The position numbers and the translations under genes were made by a program. A stretch of 43,263 nt of DNA from a virus: positions 1 through 43,263 of IMG/VR virus record IMGVR_UViG_3300029351_000004. One strand, given 5' to 3'. Shown in pieces: positions 8,265-16,685 of the stretch. How positions within the stretch are numbered: the first letter of the stretch is position 1; each line of letters starts with the position of its first letter. The notes below the pieces were generated by a model. That model made no database searches. It was not told the origin of the DNA and saw nothing but the letters and a program-made list of their open reading frames with translations.

Positions 8265-8424
8265 AGAGTTTCCTCCTTTTCCGCGATCATAACGCTATCG
8301 TGTACGGCCCTCTTTTGATTCCGCTCCGGTGGACACCAGGGGAGTTTGACGCTCCCCCGGCCTCCGCCCGGCAGCGTGGAACGTTGTCACGCTCCGCGCT
8401 TCTAAGGAGGACACCATGAGCGTA

Positions 8425-8865
8425 TCACAGCCTCCACGAAAAAGCGCCGGGAGAATCCCAAAATTTTTGAAAAAATGGATCCGCTTTTACGTTCACCCGG
8501 TCCGGGTGGGTGGTATGGAGCGCGGCTGCGCCGCAGTATGCGCTCTGGAAGAGGGTCTTAACCGGCCCCCGCCCCCGCGCACTCACTGCGGCGTATCCGT
8601 CTCCCGCGTCCACGTGGACGCTCTCCCGATCGATGCCCGGGAGCATTTCGAGGGAGAGAGCCAGTGTGCTGGTCAGCATAGATACCGCGGCGCACACCTT
8701 TACGCCCTCGCCGTCATCGGTCTCCGCCGTCGTGGTGGCGTGCCCTTTGGCCTCCAGGCGGTACTTTTGCCCCTGTTTGATGCAGATGATCTCTATCACG
8801 TCGTCGTCGCAACCTCCATATCCTTCGCTCCGCCGCATCGTCCTCGCAAAGTCCATTTCGCTCAT
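8425..8865 (-). CDS. Prp-like (DUF464, ribosomal-processing cysteine protease family) protease; start uncertain
   Basis: GHATTTAETDDGEGVKVCAAVSMLTST matches the GHA...(I/V)VCAAVS signature of Prp. The track N-terminal extension (to 8982) covers an intergenic hairpin element, so I trimmed the start to ATG 8863-8865. Confidence 0.6.
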   Translation of the reverse strand: MSEMDFARTMRRSEGYGGCDDDVIEIICIKQGQKYRLEAKGHATTTAETDDGEGVKVCAAVSMLTSTLALSLEMLPGIDRESVHVDAGDGYAAVSARGRGPVKTLFQSAYCGAAALHTTHPDRVNVKADPFFQKFWDSPGAFSWRL

Positions 8866-8899
8866 GACCGCCTGCGGCGGTCTCTCGCTCCATTTCCTT

Positions 8900-8947
8900 G
8901 CTCGTCCTCCCCCACCAAGGGGCAAGCCCTTGGTGGGGCCCCGGTTT
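8900..8947 (-). repeat. Late-operon intergenic hairpin element, copy 2 of 6
   Basis: Plus strand reads GCTCGTCCTCCCCCACCAAGGGG-CAA-GCCCTTGGTGGGGCCCCGGTTT. Confidence 0.7.
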
Positions 8948-8971
8948 GCCTTGCGGCTTTGCGGGGACCCC

Positions 8972-10930
8972 TCATTTCCCATCCATATCCGGGACGCTCC
9001 GCTTGGCGAGGCGTTCCCCGTAGCTCGTCATGGGCGTTTGCGCCGCCATGACGCCGCTGGTAAGGGCGTCTGCGCCGCCCGACGCAGAGGCGCTGGTCGC
9101 CGTCGCACCTGCAGATGTCTTCCCACCCTGTTGTGCCTGTGGCGCCCCCACACCCATATCCTTGCCAGTGAGCGTCTGGAGGAGCATCGCCATCTGGTCG
9201 AGCTGCCGGGACATCTGCTGACAGATGTTGAGCAGTGTCTGCCCCTCTTCCACCCGCTCCTTCACCTTGTCGATGCCCTCAAATTCCATCATTTCCAGAG
9301 CTCCCATCGCCTCCTGTGCCCGCTCTGGGTTGAAAAAGCCCAGGCCGTAGAGCTCCTTTGCCCTCTCGTTCTGCTCCATGCGGGAGAAGGGATTCTTCTT
9401 TTGGGCCTTGATTTTGAGGTCAAACACAGGCTTTCGGAACAGGGGCGTACCGTCCATGGCCGCCCCGATCTGCTGCTCTTGTAGTCCCTGGTTGTTCAGC
9501 CCCTGGAACTCATAGCTTCCCGGTGTGCTGCCCGTGATGCGGAAGGTCCTGGTCTCGTCGTAGAACTGGCTGATGCGTGAGATCACCATGGTATTGATTG
9601 CCACATGGGCCCGGTAGCTGGTGGAGATCATATCCCGGCTGGCTTTGTTGCCTGCCTCCTGCAATGCGGCGATGGCGCTGGCCGCTGTCACGCCGGACCC
9701 GGTGCTGCCGCTGTTCACGTCCCGGTTGCTGGCCGTCTCCTTCATCTCGTCCACTTTCATCTGGAGGATGGTGGTGTAGACCCCGTCCACCGGGCTGATC
9801 CTGATCTCCTGAAGCCGCCGTTCGTCCAGCTCCCCCTCCACATGTACGATAGGCTTGGCCCAGTCCAGGAACTCCTCCTCGTTGATGGCCGTACTGGTGC
9901 TGGCGAAGAACCGCTTCTTGGTGGCCATCATGGAGCTTTCCAGGATATTCGCGCTCAGCTTGTCGATGTAGAGCTGGGGGTCCTTGCAGATGGCTACATA
10001 ACCGAAGCCCACAGGAGTCCCCTTTTCCGGGTAGAGAACGTCCAGCACAACGGGGTATTGCCCGTCCTCATACCATCCGGCGTCCCGGTAGTTGGGGTCC
10101 TCCTCGCTGGAATACAGGAGGCAATCCCCCACGAACTTGGCGTAGTGGAGCGCCGTCTTTCCGCTGGGGGTGATGACCTTGTAGTACCAGTCCACCACCA
10201 CGCTCTTGCCCTGGGTGTCCACCGTGTCGTCGTAGACGTACTGTTTCACATCAATGGTCTGTCCGCCCAGCTTGCCCTTGTACTGGGGATACTGCTGCTC
10301 CAAAAGGTCGGTGTCGGTGAGCTCCACGAGAAAGAGATTTCGGCTCTTCTGGATGTCGGTCACCCCCGGCTCCCAAAAGAGCTTCAATAGGTCGATCTGC
10401 CTGATGTCCACGTCTCCCAGACCGTTTTCCTTCTGGCTGTTCCAGAAGATTCCATAGGCCCCGGTTCCGTGTTTGAGCTTCTCCCACCAGTTTTCCGAGT
10501 AAGTCCTTTCGAAGTCGTTGTACTCCATGATGACGGGCAGCACGGCGGAGAGCAGCTTGGCGCTCTCCTCGTCGCTCCGCTCCCGGGGGAGCACAATGGG
10601 CTCCGGGTAGTTGTCCATCGCGTCGGCGTGCTTGTTGACGATGGAGTTGAAGAGCCAGGCGGAGGAGGGCTCGGGCCCCTTCTTCTGATTGCTGCGAATC
10701 ACGTCCCAGTGGCGCAGCTTCCACCACTGCTCGTCCTCCACGATCCTCTTCTCCAGGTTAGCTTTGCCACCCTTGTACTCCTTCAAGGTCTCCTGGGCGT
10801 AGGAAAGCCGCTCTTTGTCCACCCGGTGCAGCTCCTCCGGCCTCATGCCGGGGTCCGCTCCCAGCAATGCCGCCTGAAGCTGCGGGCCGGGGCCGCCTTC
10901 GCCTGTCTGTCCGTCGAAAAATCGTGCCAT
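8972..10930 (-). CDS. Portal protein (652 aa)
   Basis: Large ORF immediately downstream of the large terminase. Size and position are typical of portals. The family call rests on position and general composition. Confidence 0.8.
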   Translation of the reverse strand: MARFFDGQTGEGGPGPQLQAALLGADPGMRPEELHRVDKERLSYAQETLKEYKGGKANLEKRIVEDEQWWKLRHWDVIRSNQKKGPEPSSAWLFNSIVNKHADAMDNYPEPIVLPRERSDEESAKLLSAVLPVIMEYNDFERTYSENWWEKLKHGTGAYGIFWNSQKENGLGDVDIRQIDLLKLFWEPGVTDIQKSRNLFLVELTDTDLLEQQYPQYKGKLGGQTIDVKQYVYDDTVDTQGKSVVVDWYYKVITPSGKTALHYAKFVGDCLLYSSEEDPNYRDAGWYEDGQYPVVLDVLYPEKGTPVGFGYVAICKDPQLYIDKLSANILESSMMATKKRFFASTSTAINEEEFLDWAKPIVHVEGELDERRLQEIRISPVDGVYTTILQMKVDEMKETASNRDVNSGSTGSGVTAASAIAALQEAGNKASRDMISTSYRAHVAINTMVISRISQFYDETRTFRITGSTPGSYEFQGLNNQGLQEQQIGAAMDGTPLFRKPVFDLKIKAQKKNPFSRMEQNERAKELYGLGFFNPERAQEAMGALEMMEFEGIDKVKERVEEGQTLLNICQQMSRQLDQMAMLLQTLTGKDMGVGAPQAQQGGKTSAGATATSASASGGADALTSGVMAAQTPMTSYGERLAKRSVPDMDGK

Positions 10931-10942
10931 ACGGGATCCCCC

Positions 10943-12388
10943 CTAAAATTTTTTGTACCAGTCGTAATGCCCTGCCCCGGCGTTCCGCCCGCCTCCCAGC
11001 TCCAGCGGGTCGTATGGCTTCGGTTCCGGCGCTTTTCTCACCCTAGGAGCGATTGGGTTCTGCATGCACACGTAGCGAAGTTCATCGTAAATATGATCTT
11101 CTCCGTCTGTGTCGATGTCCTCCACGTCTGTTTCGTCATATACCAAGTTGGGCACCGTGCGAATAAAGTGCTTGCAGGTGGAGAATACGTAGAGCATTGC
11201 CCAGCCGTCCTCGTCAAAGGCGAGCCGGTGGTGGACCTGCATCTTGCCGTCGATGCGGGCATGGTCCCCCCGCTCAAAGTACACCCGCTCCCGCTCCATC
11301 AGGGCCCCGATGCTCTCTGTCCCGTCGCTGCCCCAGATAGCTGGATCTCCAATGCGGTGGATGGTCCGCCCCCGCAGGTTTGGGTCCTCCTCCTCAATGC
11401 GCTTGATCTGCCGTGCAACCTCTCCCGGCTCCATCTTCACGCCCACATTGGGGGTCCCAGTGCAGCCATAGTACTCTCGGATGCGGTAGAGCCGCCTCTC
11501 CCGGTCCACGGCGTACCAGCCCACCGAAAAGGGCCTGGAGTAGCCCCAGTCCAGAGCACACCAGATTCCCCAGCCGTCCGGGACAGGGAACGGGTCGATC
11601 ACGTGTGTCCATCTCCGGTCCCCGTAGTGCTCCGGATCATTGCGCCACTCGGTGAACACCTGCCCTGAGAAGGTGTCCCAGTCGCCGTAGAGCAGGGCCT
11701 TACGCTCTGCCTCGGGCATAGCGGCCAGCCTGGTAATATAATCCGGGTCGTTGGCCAGAAGGGCCGGATTGTCGAAGACGGAGGAGGGCACGAAAATCCT
11801 GCTCCTGCTCTCCCTATGCTCCTGCCCCGCAGGGTCCCGCCACTTGATATCCTCCCAAATGGGCGTCATGGGCTTACCGGCCGTGATAAATCTCTCTTTT
11901 ACCCAGCCGTGGCCGATCCCGCCCGGATTGGCAGTGGAGCGGATATAGCAGCGGGTCCCCGGCCCGTTTGGGCGGCACCTGGAAAACAAATAGCTGTACT
12001 CCTCAAAGCTAAAATGGGTAAGTTCGTCAAATGCCACGAAGTCATAGGCTTGGCCCTGGTACTTGGTCTTATCCTTTGCGTACTGCATCGCTCCGAAGAC
12101 AATCTTTGCTCCGCTGGGGAACGTCCAGGTATGGGCCGTGGCGTTATATTTGGCTCCTGAGAAGGCCCTGGGGTAGTAGTTGAGGCTCTTGTCTATCAGC
12201 TCGGCCAGTTGAGGAAAGGTCTTGCGCAAAATCAGGGCCTTGTAATGGGGGATATGTACCTGACGCAAGGCCTCGATCACCAAAGCGTCGCTCTTCCCGC
12301 CTCCGGCGGCTCCCCCGTACAGCGCCTCCCACTCGCCGCGGGCCATAAATGCCGCCTGGCGTGGCTGCGGCTTCCAAATCGTCCTCAC
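10943..12388 (-). CDS. terL: Terminase large subunit (481 aa, GTG start)
   Basis: Walker A-like YGGAAGGGKSDAL, Walker B-like AYDFVAFDELTHF, and a C-terminal nuclease-type region. RBS GGAGAGGAGCGGAG precedes the GTG. Confidence 0.9.
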   Translation of the reverse strand: MRTIWKPQPRQAAFMARGEWEALYGGAAGGGKSDALVIEALRQVHIPHYKALILRKTFPQLAELIDKSLNYYPRAFSGAKYNATAHTWTFPSGAKIVFGAMQYAKDKTKYQGQAYDFVAFDELTHFSFEEYSYLFSRCRPNGPGTRCYIRSTANPGGIGHGWVKERFITAGKPMTPIWEDIKWRDPAGQEHRESRSRIFVPSSVFDNPALLANDPDYITRLAAMPEAERKALLYGDWDTFSGQVFTEWRNDPEHYGDRRWTHVIDPFPVPDGWGIWCALDWGYSRPFSVGWYAVDRERRLYRIREYYGCTGTPNVGVKMEPGEVARQIKRIEEEDPNLRGRTIHRIGDPAIWGSDGTESIGALMERERVYFERGDHARIDGKMQVHHRLAFDEDGWAMLYVFSTCKHFIRTVPNLVYDETDVEDIDTDGEDHIYDELRYVCMQNPIAPRVRKAPEPKPYDPLELGGGRNAGAGHYDWYKKF

Positions 12389-12440
12389 AAACTCCGCTCC
12401 TCTCCGCCGGTCTTACGCCCGGCGTCCGCTCCGCTGCGTT

Positions 12441-12490
12441 GCTCGTCCTCTCCCCACAAAAAGGCTGCTCCTTTTCGTGGGGGCCCCGGT
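12441..12490 (-). repeat. Late-operon intergenic hairpin element, copy 3 of 6
   Basis: Plus strand reads GCTCGTCCTCTCCCCACAAAAAGG-CTGCT-CCTTTTCGTGGGGGCCCCGG. Confidence 0.7.
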
Positions 12491-12491
12491 T

Positions 12492-12941
12492 TTATTCCGC
12501 TTCATGGCTCACCTCTGGCATCAGTACTACGCCGCCCTCACCTCCACCTGCGGCCTCCAGTTCCGGCTTATCTCTCCAGGCTTTTCTCTTGCGGTTTTTG
12601 AGCCAGAAAATCTGGGCAGTAACGTTGCCCTCCAGCGCCGCTTTGAGCAGCGCATTTTCCACCTCGTAGTCCACAACCTCCTTGCCCCTTTTTAGAGCCT
12701 CACAGATGTCACTGTAGGTCCGCTTCCACTCATACAGGGTTTTGGTCGTAATGCCCATGTTGTGCGCGATCTGCGCGTCCTTTAACCCATCTCTGGCCCA
12801 TCCCTTCAGCAGCACGAGCCCGTCTGGTTCCAACCACTCGTGATATTTTCCTTTCGCCACAGCGGACTCGCCTCCTCTCTCACCATGGAGCGTAGCATAT
12901 CTACAGTGCTTTTCCGCCTGTAAAAAGCGCAAAAACCCCAA
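12492..12941 (-). CDS. terS: Terminase small subunit (HTH type); the real start is probably GTG at 12860
   Basis: GWARDGLKDAQIAHNMGITTKTLYEWKRTY is an HTH segment. EVENALLKAALEGNVTAQIFWLKNR is typical of small terminases. GGAGG lies 9 nt upstream of the GTG at 12860. Confidence 0.75.
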   Translation of the reverse strand: MGFLRFLQAEKHCRYATLHGERGGESAVAKGKYHEWLEPDGLVLLKGWARDGLKDAQIAHNMGITTKTLYEWKRTYSDICEALKRGKEVVDYEVENALLKAALEGNVTAQIFWLKNRKRKAWRDKPELEAAGGGEGGVVLMPEVSHEAE

Positions 12942-12949
12942 GCTAAGGC

Positions 12950-13174
12950 TCAGGGTTTCTCCGCATCCATCCTCTCATAATACGCCAGCAAAGCCGAGGC
13001 AACGGAGCACTTCTGCCATCCAGGCAGACTGGCACAGTACTGGTCCGTGTATGCCACATAGGCCTCCCGATCCGGAAATGAGATACAGTTCCCACACTCA
13101 CAATGCACCTTACCCCTTTCGTCCCACGCGAAAAAAGGGCATATCCACTTCCTGTTTGAATATCCTGTACTCAC
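12950..13174 (-). CDS. Cys-rich small protein
   Basis: Track ORF 12950..13207 trimmed to a GTG after AGAGGAGAAA. Motifs WICPFF...HCECGNC...YC...C. Confidence 0.5.
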   Translation of the reverse strand: MSTGYSNRKWICPFFAWDERGKVHCECGNCISFPDREAYVAYTDQYCASLPGWQKCSVASALLAYYERMDAEKP

Positions 13175-13380
13175 TTTCTCCTCTCTTTCCTCGCCTCCTT
13201 GGCCCATACCACACCGGGGTCCTTATCCGTAAGTATCCTCCCACTGGCACACTTAACGCACTTAATGCGCCACTTTGGCTGACCCGGCGCCGCATTTCGG
13301 ACCCGTTCAAAGTGCCCATATCCCGGCTCCACCCAGGCCCCACAGCAGTAGCAGCGACCGGGGTACTTATTCCGTGCCAT
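13171..13380 (-). CDS. Zinc-ribbon-like small protein (69 aa)
   Basis: Track ORF trimmed to MARNKYPGRCYCCG...KCVKC. RBS AAAGGAGAAAAACT precedes the ATG. Confidence 0.55.
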   Translation of the reverse strand: MARNKYPGRCYCCGAWVEPGYGHFERVRNAAPGQPKWRIKCVKCASGRILTDKDPGVVWAKEARKERRK

Positions 13381-13408
13381 AGTTTTTCTCCTTTCGAGCC
13401 TGTGACGC

Positions 13409-13612
13409 TTACCCTCCGATCTGCTTGGCCATCTGCACCAGCTTGCACAGCCCATAAAAGGATCTCGGATCAATCCCGGTCGATTTCTTGATCTGGTTCA
13501 GATGATACCCCACGGTCACGTAGCTTAAATACAGCTTCCGCCCCGTTTCCACCGCATTCATGCTGCACTCGGCGTATCCCAGCACAATCTCTCTCTGGCG
13601 TTCGGTCATGTG
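13409..13612 (-). CDS. LuxR/GerE-type (sigma region-4-like) HTH regulator (67 aa), candidate late-gene regulator
   Basis: MTERQREIVLGYAECSMNAVETGRKLYLSYVTVGYHLNQIKKSTG, with RBS AAAGGAGGAACACAC before the ATG. Confidence 0.6.
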   Translation of the reverse strand, partial: HMTERQREIVLGYAECSMNAVETGRKLYLSYVTVGYHLNQIKKSTGIDPRSFYGLCKLVQMAKQIGG

Positions 13613-13971
13613 TGTTCCTCCTTTCGGCTTTTGAGCAAATTTTCCCACGTCCGCCGCATAGGAATATCTGGCGCTCCGAGCCATCCCCATATCCTTTCGT
13701 CCCGCACTGTCAATGCCTGCGCATGGTCGGCCGCTTCTGCTGATGTATAGAATACTCTCTCGCCAATCTCCGACAACCTGACGCTATATGGAGTCCTGTT
13801 CCCATCCGGATCATCTCCAATGAGCCGCACATCCGTATAGCTTCCGGCGAAGAAACCCGTTACATCCGCCTCACACACGCAGTATTCCTTGACCGGCCCG
13901 GCATGGTTTGGGATGTAGTATAGGTGCTCGCAAACGAAATACATTTTAGTCCCAATATCCGGTTTCTTCAT
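13606..13971 (-). CDS. Hypothetical protein (121 aa; alternative start at 13944)
   Basis: Track ORF with protein-like composition. No recognisable motif. Confidence 0.5.
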   Translation of the reverse strand: MKKPDIGTKMYFVCEHLYYIPNHAGPVKEYCVCEADVTGFFAGSYTDVRLIGDDPDGNRTPYSVRLSEIGERVFYTSAEAADHAQALTVRDERIWGWLGAPDIPMRRTWENLLKSRKEEHT

Positions 13972-14125
13972 TGTGGTTATTCACCTCCGGCTCCAGGCCC
14001 GAGTCCTCGTAGGCAGCGAGGCGCTCAACGTGCGGTCCGCTCTCCTCACGGCCATAAATATTGACACGCCACTCGCCGCCGCCCCGGCCATCGTCACACC
14101 AGTATGTAAGCCTCTCCATGCTCAT
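13946..14125 (-). CDS. Hypothetical small protein (59 aa)
   Basis: Just below the track cutoff. Its ATG overlaps the upstream stop (GGGATGAGC). Translation MSMERLTYWCDDGRGGGEWRVNIYGREESGPHVERLAAYEDSGLEPEV... Confidence 0.4.
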   Translation of the reverse strand: MSMERLTYWCDDGRGGGEWRVNIYGREESGPHVERLAAYEDSGLEPEVNNHNEETGYWD

Positions 14126-14538
14126 CCCTCCCCTAAAGCCAGTTGTCCGCCCTGATAGAGTTGATACAGTGTATTGCCTCGACCATCGGTCATGTAGGGC
14201 AGAAATACCTCGTCCATGCTCACCATACCGGCCTCAATGATCGCCATTTGCGCCTGTACCCAGTCCCGGATGTTGCGCCAGCCTGTCCGCTCCGCCTGTG
14301 CCAGGTCTGCCTTGACTTTTTGCCGCTGGAGCACCGCCATCACACCGTTGATGTTGGCCGGGAGCATAAAGCCCCGTCGCCCGTTCGGCGTGTCAATGGC
14401 AAAGGCTACACCGGTGGGACGTCCCTGGTCATCATACTCCACCATGATCTGCCGTGCTCCATGCCCTGCCAACGCCCCCTGAATCTCGCCCAGGCTCGTG
14501 TACACGTCCACCCCAGACGTGTAATTTTTTATGGCCAT
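14122..14538 (-). CDS. Hypothetical protein (138 aa) of the replication module
   Basis: Track ORF lying tightly downstream of the SNF2 helicase gene. Confidence 0.55.
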   Translation of the reverse strand: MAIKNYTSGVDVYTSLGEIQGALAGHGARQIMVEYDDQGRPTGVAFAIDTPNGRRGFMLPANINGVMAVLQRQKVKADLAQAERTGWRNIRDWVQAQMAIIEAGMVSMDEVFLPYMTDGRGNTLYQLYQGGQLALGEG

Positions 14539-14557
14539 TGCTCACTTCTCCTCTCTG

Positions 14558-15943
14558 TCATACTAGATTCCTTCGCGCATTCTCGATGCGTGCTTTTAAC
14601 GCCCGCATCAACGCATCCTGTGCATCGCCCTTGGCCCCCAGGGCCGACACCACGTCCTCGTCCATGCCATCCTGGACCACCAACAGATGGGAGATCACCG
14701 GGTATGGCTGCCCCTGCCGGTGGAGGCGCTTGTTCGCCTGCTGGTACAGTTCCAGATTCCAGTTGGGGTATCCGTACCAAATCGCATGGTGTCCGCCGTC
14801 CTGGAGGTTGAGGCCATAGCCGCAGGAGGCCGGATGCGCCAGCAGGATGTCTACCTGGCCGGCGTTCCACGCCGTTTCGTCGTCCGGCCCCTGGTAGACC
14901 CGTACCCGCAGATCCGAGCCCTCCAGCGCCGCCAGCAGCCGGTCCCGCTCATGCTGGAACCAGTAGAACACCAGGGCGTGCTCGCCGTGAAGCTGCTCCA
15001 CCACCTCCAGGAACGCCTCCACCTTGCAGTCATGGACCGGTACCACATGGCTTTCCGTATCGTACACGGCCCCACTGCATAGCTGAAGCAGCTTCCCATT
15101 CAGAACGGCGGCGGTGCCGGCCGTGATGGTCTGTTCGTCCACCTCCAGCAGCATCTCCCGCTCCAGCTTGTCGTAGGCCTTCCGGGCCTTGACATCCAGA
15201 GCCACCGGCACCACGTCCTCGATGATCGCCGGCAGTTCCAGATAATCCTCGGCCACCATGCTTACGCAGATATCCGCGATGGCCTCCCGGATCCGGCGGT
15301 CTGCGCCGTCCTGGAGGCTGTACGTGCGGTACTGCTGGCCCGGATGGGATGCGTCCTGGACCATAAAGCACTCCCGAAAGCTGGTCATGGTCTTGCCCAG
15401 CCGTGCCCCGCCATCCAAGAGGAATATCTGCGCCCACAGATCTTCCATCCCGTTGGGCGCCGGCGTACCGGTCAGCTCCACCAGGCGGCGGATGCGGCCG
15501 CGCACCATTTTCAGCGCCTTGAACCGCTTTGACTGCGGATTTTTGAAGCTGCTGCTCTCATCCAGCACCACAAGGTCAAACGGCCAGGCGTTGCGGTAAT
15601 ACTCTGCCAGCCAGGGGACGTTCTCCCGATTGATCACCCACACGTCACCGGGGGTGTTCAGGGCCGCGATGCGCTTCTTGGCACTGCCCAGCACTGAGAT
15701 GATCCGCAGGTGCTTCAGGTGGTCCCACTTCTCCGCCTCACGGCTCCAGGTGGCCTCTGCCACCTTCTTGGGCGCCACCACCAGGCACCGTGAGACCGCC
15801 CAGCGGTTGAACCGCAGATCGCTTACAGCGGTGAGGGTTATGACGGTCTTACCCAGGCCCATATCCAGAAACAGCCCCAGGGCCGGATCCGATATGATGC
15901 GCTCAATGGCGTACCGCTGGTAGCTGTGTGGTATGAACTTCAT
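14558..15943 (-). CDS. SNF2/DEAD-like helicase (461 aa)
   Basis: GLFLDMGLGKT (motif I), LVVLDESSSFKN (motif II, DExx), and C-terminal LLAHPASCGYGLNLQ...RLHRQGQ (motifs V and VI). Confidence 0.9.
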   Translation of the reverse strand: MKFIPHSYQRYAIERIISDPALGLFLDMGLGKTVITLTAVSDLRFNRWAVSRCLVVAPKKVAEATWSREAEKWDHLKHLRIISVLGSAKKRIAALNTPGDVWVINRENVPWLAEYYRNAWPFDLVVLDESSSFKNPQSKRFKALKMVRGRIRRLVELTGTPAPNGMEDLWAQIFLLDGGARLGKTMTSFRECFMVQDASHPGQQYRTYSLQDGADRRIREAIADICVSMVAEDYLELPAIIEDVVPVALDVKARKAYDKLEREMLLEVDEQTITAGTAAVLNGKLLQLCSGAVYDTESHVVPVHDCKVEAFLEVVEQLHGEHALVFYWFQHERDRLLAALEGSDLRVRVYQGPDDETAWNAGQVDILLAHPASCGYGLNLQDGGHHAIWYGYPNWNLELYQQANKRLHRQGQPYPVISHLLVVQDGMDEDVVSALGAKGDAQDALMRALKARIENARRNLV

Positions 15944-16220
15944 TCGGCATCACCTCCCTCACGAACTCCTTCACCTGGTCCATCCCTTTCAGCACCCGGA
16001 CGTCGGCGCCCCGCTTCCGCAGCTGCTCCAACTGCCACTTCTGGATATTGGCCAGCCGTCCCGTCTCGGTTTTCAGCTCCACGTAGATGGTCCGCCCCGC
16101 GGGGGTAATGACAATCCTGTCCGGCACCCCCGGGTTCCCCGGCGAGACGAATTTATAGCACAGCCCGCCCCGCTCCCGCACCATCCGAACCAGCTTGGCC
16201 TCGATTGCACTTTCTTTCAT
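15903..16220 (-). CDS. VRR-NUC domain nuclease (105 aa)
   Basis: GVPDRIVI...IYVELKTETGRLANIQKWQLEQLRKRG, a PD-(D/E)xK pattern. Confidence 0.8.
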   Translation of the reverse strand: MKESAIEAKLVRMVRERGGLCYKFVSPGNPGVPDRIVITPAGRTIYVELKTETGRLANIQKWQLEQLRKRGADVRVLKGMDQVKEFVREVMPNEVHTTQLPAVRH

Positions 16221-16429
16221 CCTTCGTCCTCCGGCAGAGACCAGTACCAGGCGCCGTCAATCTGCTCCGAAACCAGGCCCAGCTCCTTACGTGCGGCTTT
16301 TAATTCGGCGCGTGTCAGCCGGTGTTGCTTCCGTCCAATATCCGTCAAAAGCGAGACCGGCTGCTTCTTTGCCAGTACTAGGTCTGTCAACATCTTCCGC
16401 AAAAAAGCACATGCAAGTTCAACGTTCAT
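16217..16429 (-). CDS. Hypothetical small protein (70 aa) adjacent to the iteron region
   Basis: Track ORF, basic and helical in character. No motif. Its position next to the putative origin is the only functional hint. Confidence 0.45.
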   Translation of the reverse strand: MNVELACAFLRKMLTDLVLAKKQPVSLLTDIGRKQHRLTRAELKAARKELGLVSEQIDGAWYWSLPEDEG

Positions 16430-16461
16430 AATGCGCCTCCTAAATTTTGTAAAATAGCGCG

Positions 16462-16685
16462 GGTTACATTGGTTACATCGTTTTCTATATATTCCTTATA
16501 TGTGGTATATTAGGCGGTAATTAGAGGCTCTAATATATACTTTTAACTCTATAGAAGAAAAAGATGTAACCTTGTTACCTTCCTACTCCCGCAAGGGTTT
16601 CAGCGGTAACATTCCAATGTAACCAAATGTTACCTTGTAACCCTCGAATGTTACCTTTCGACCCAATGTAACCGTCAATGTTACC
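16462..16685. repeat. Iteron cluster with an AT-rich core: putative origin of replication
   Basis: At least 11 copies of (A/T)TGT(A/T)ACC or its complement GGT(A/T)ACA(T/A). Starts are at 16462, 16471, 16564, 16572, 16605, 16617, 16627, 16635, 16648, 16666 and 16678. They flank an AT-rich stretch (about 16480-16560). Confidence 0.65.

Noticed and set aside
8866-8982. N-terminal extensions offered by the ORF track. Examples: 8425..8982, 6140..7267, 21141..21995, 21988..23277, 30807..31373, 1483..1878, 1907..3028 and 27429..27686.
   Set aside because: The extensions cover intergenic hairpins, promoters or upstream genes, and they lack RBSs. Internal ATG or GTG codons preceded by GGAGG-type sites give starts that abut the upstream stop codons.
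10931-10945. The terL TAG stop is in frame with the portal ATG 12 nt downstream, so TAG readthrough would fuse terminase and portal. I also considered genome-wide TAG reassignment.
   Set aside because: TAG cleanly ends terL, PolA and the endolysin, each followed at normal spacing by the next gene's RBS and start. All large late ORFs are intact under the standard code. The in-frame arrangement is most likely coincidence.
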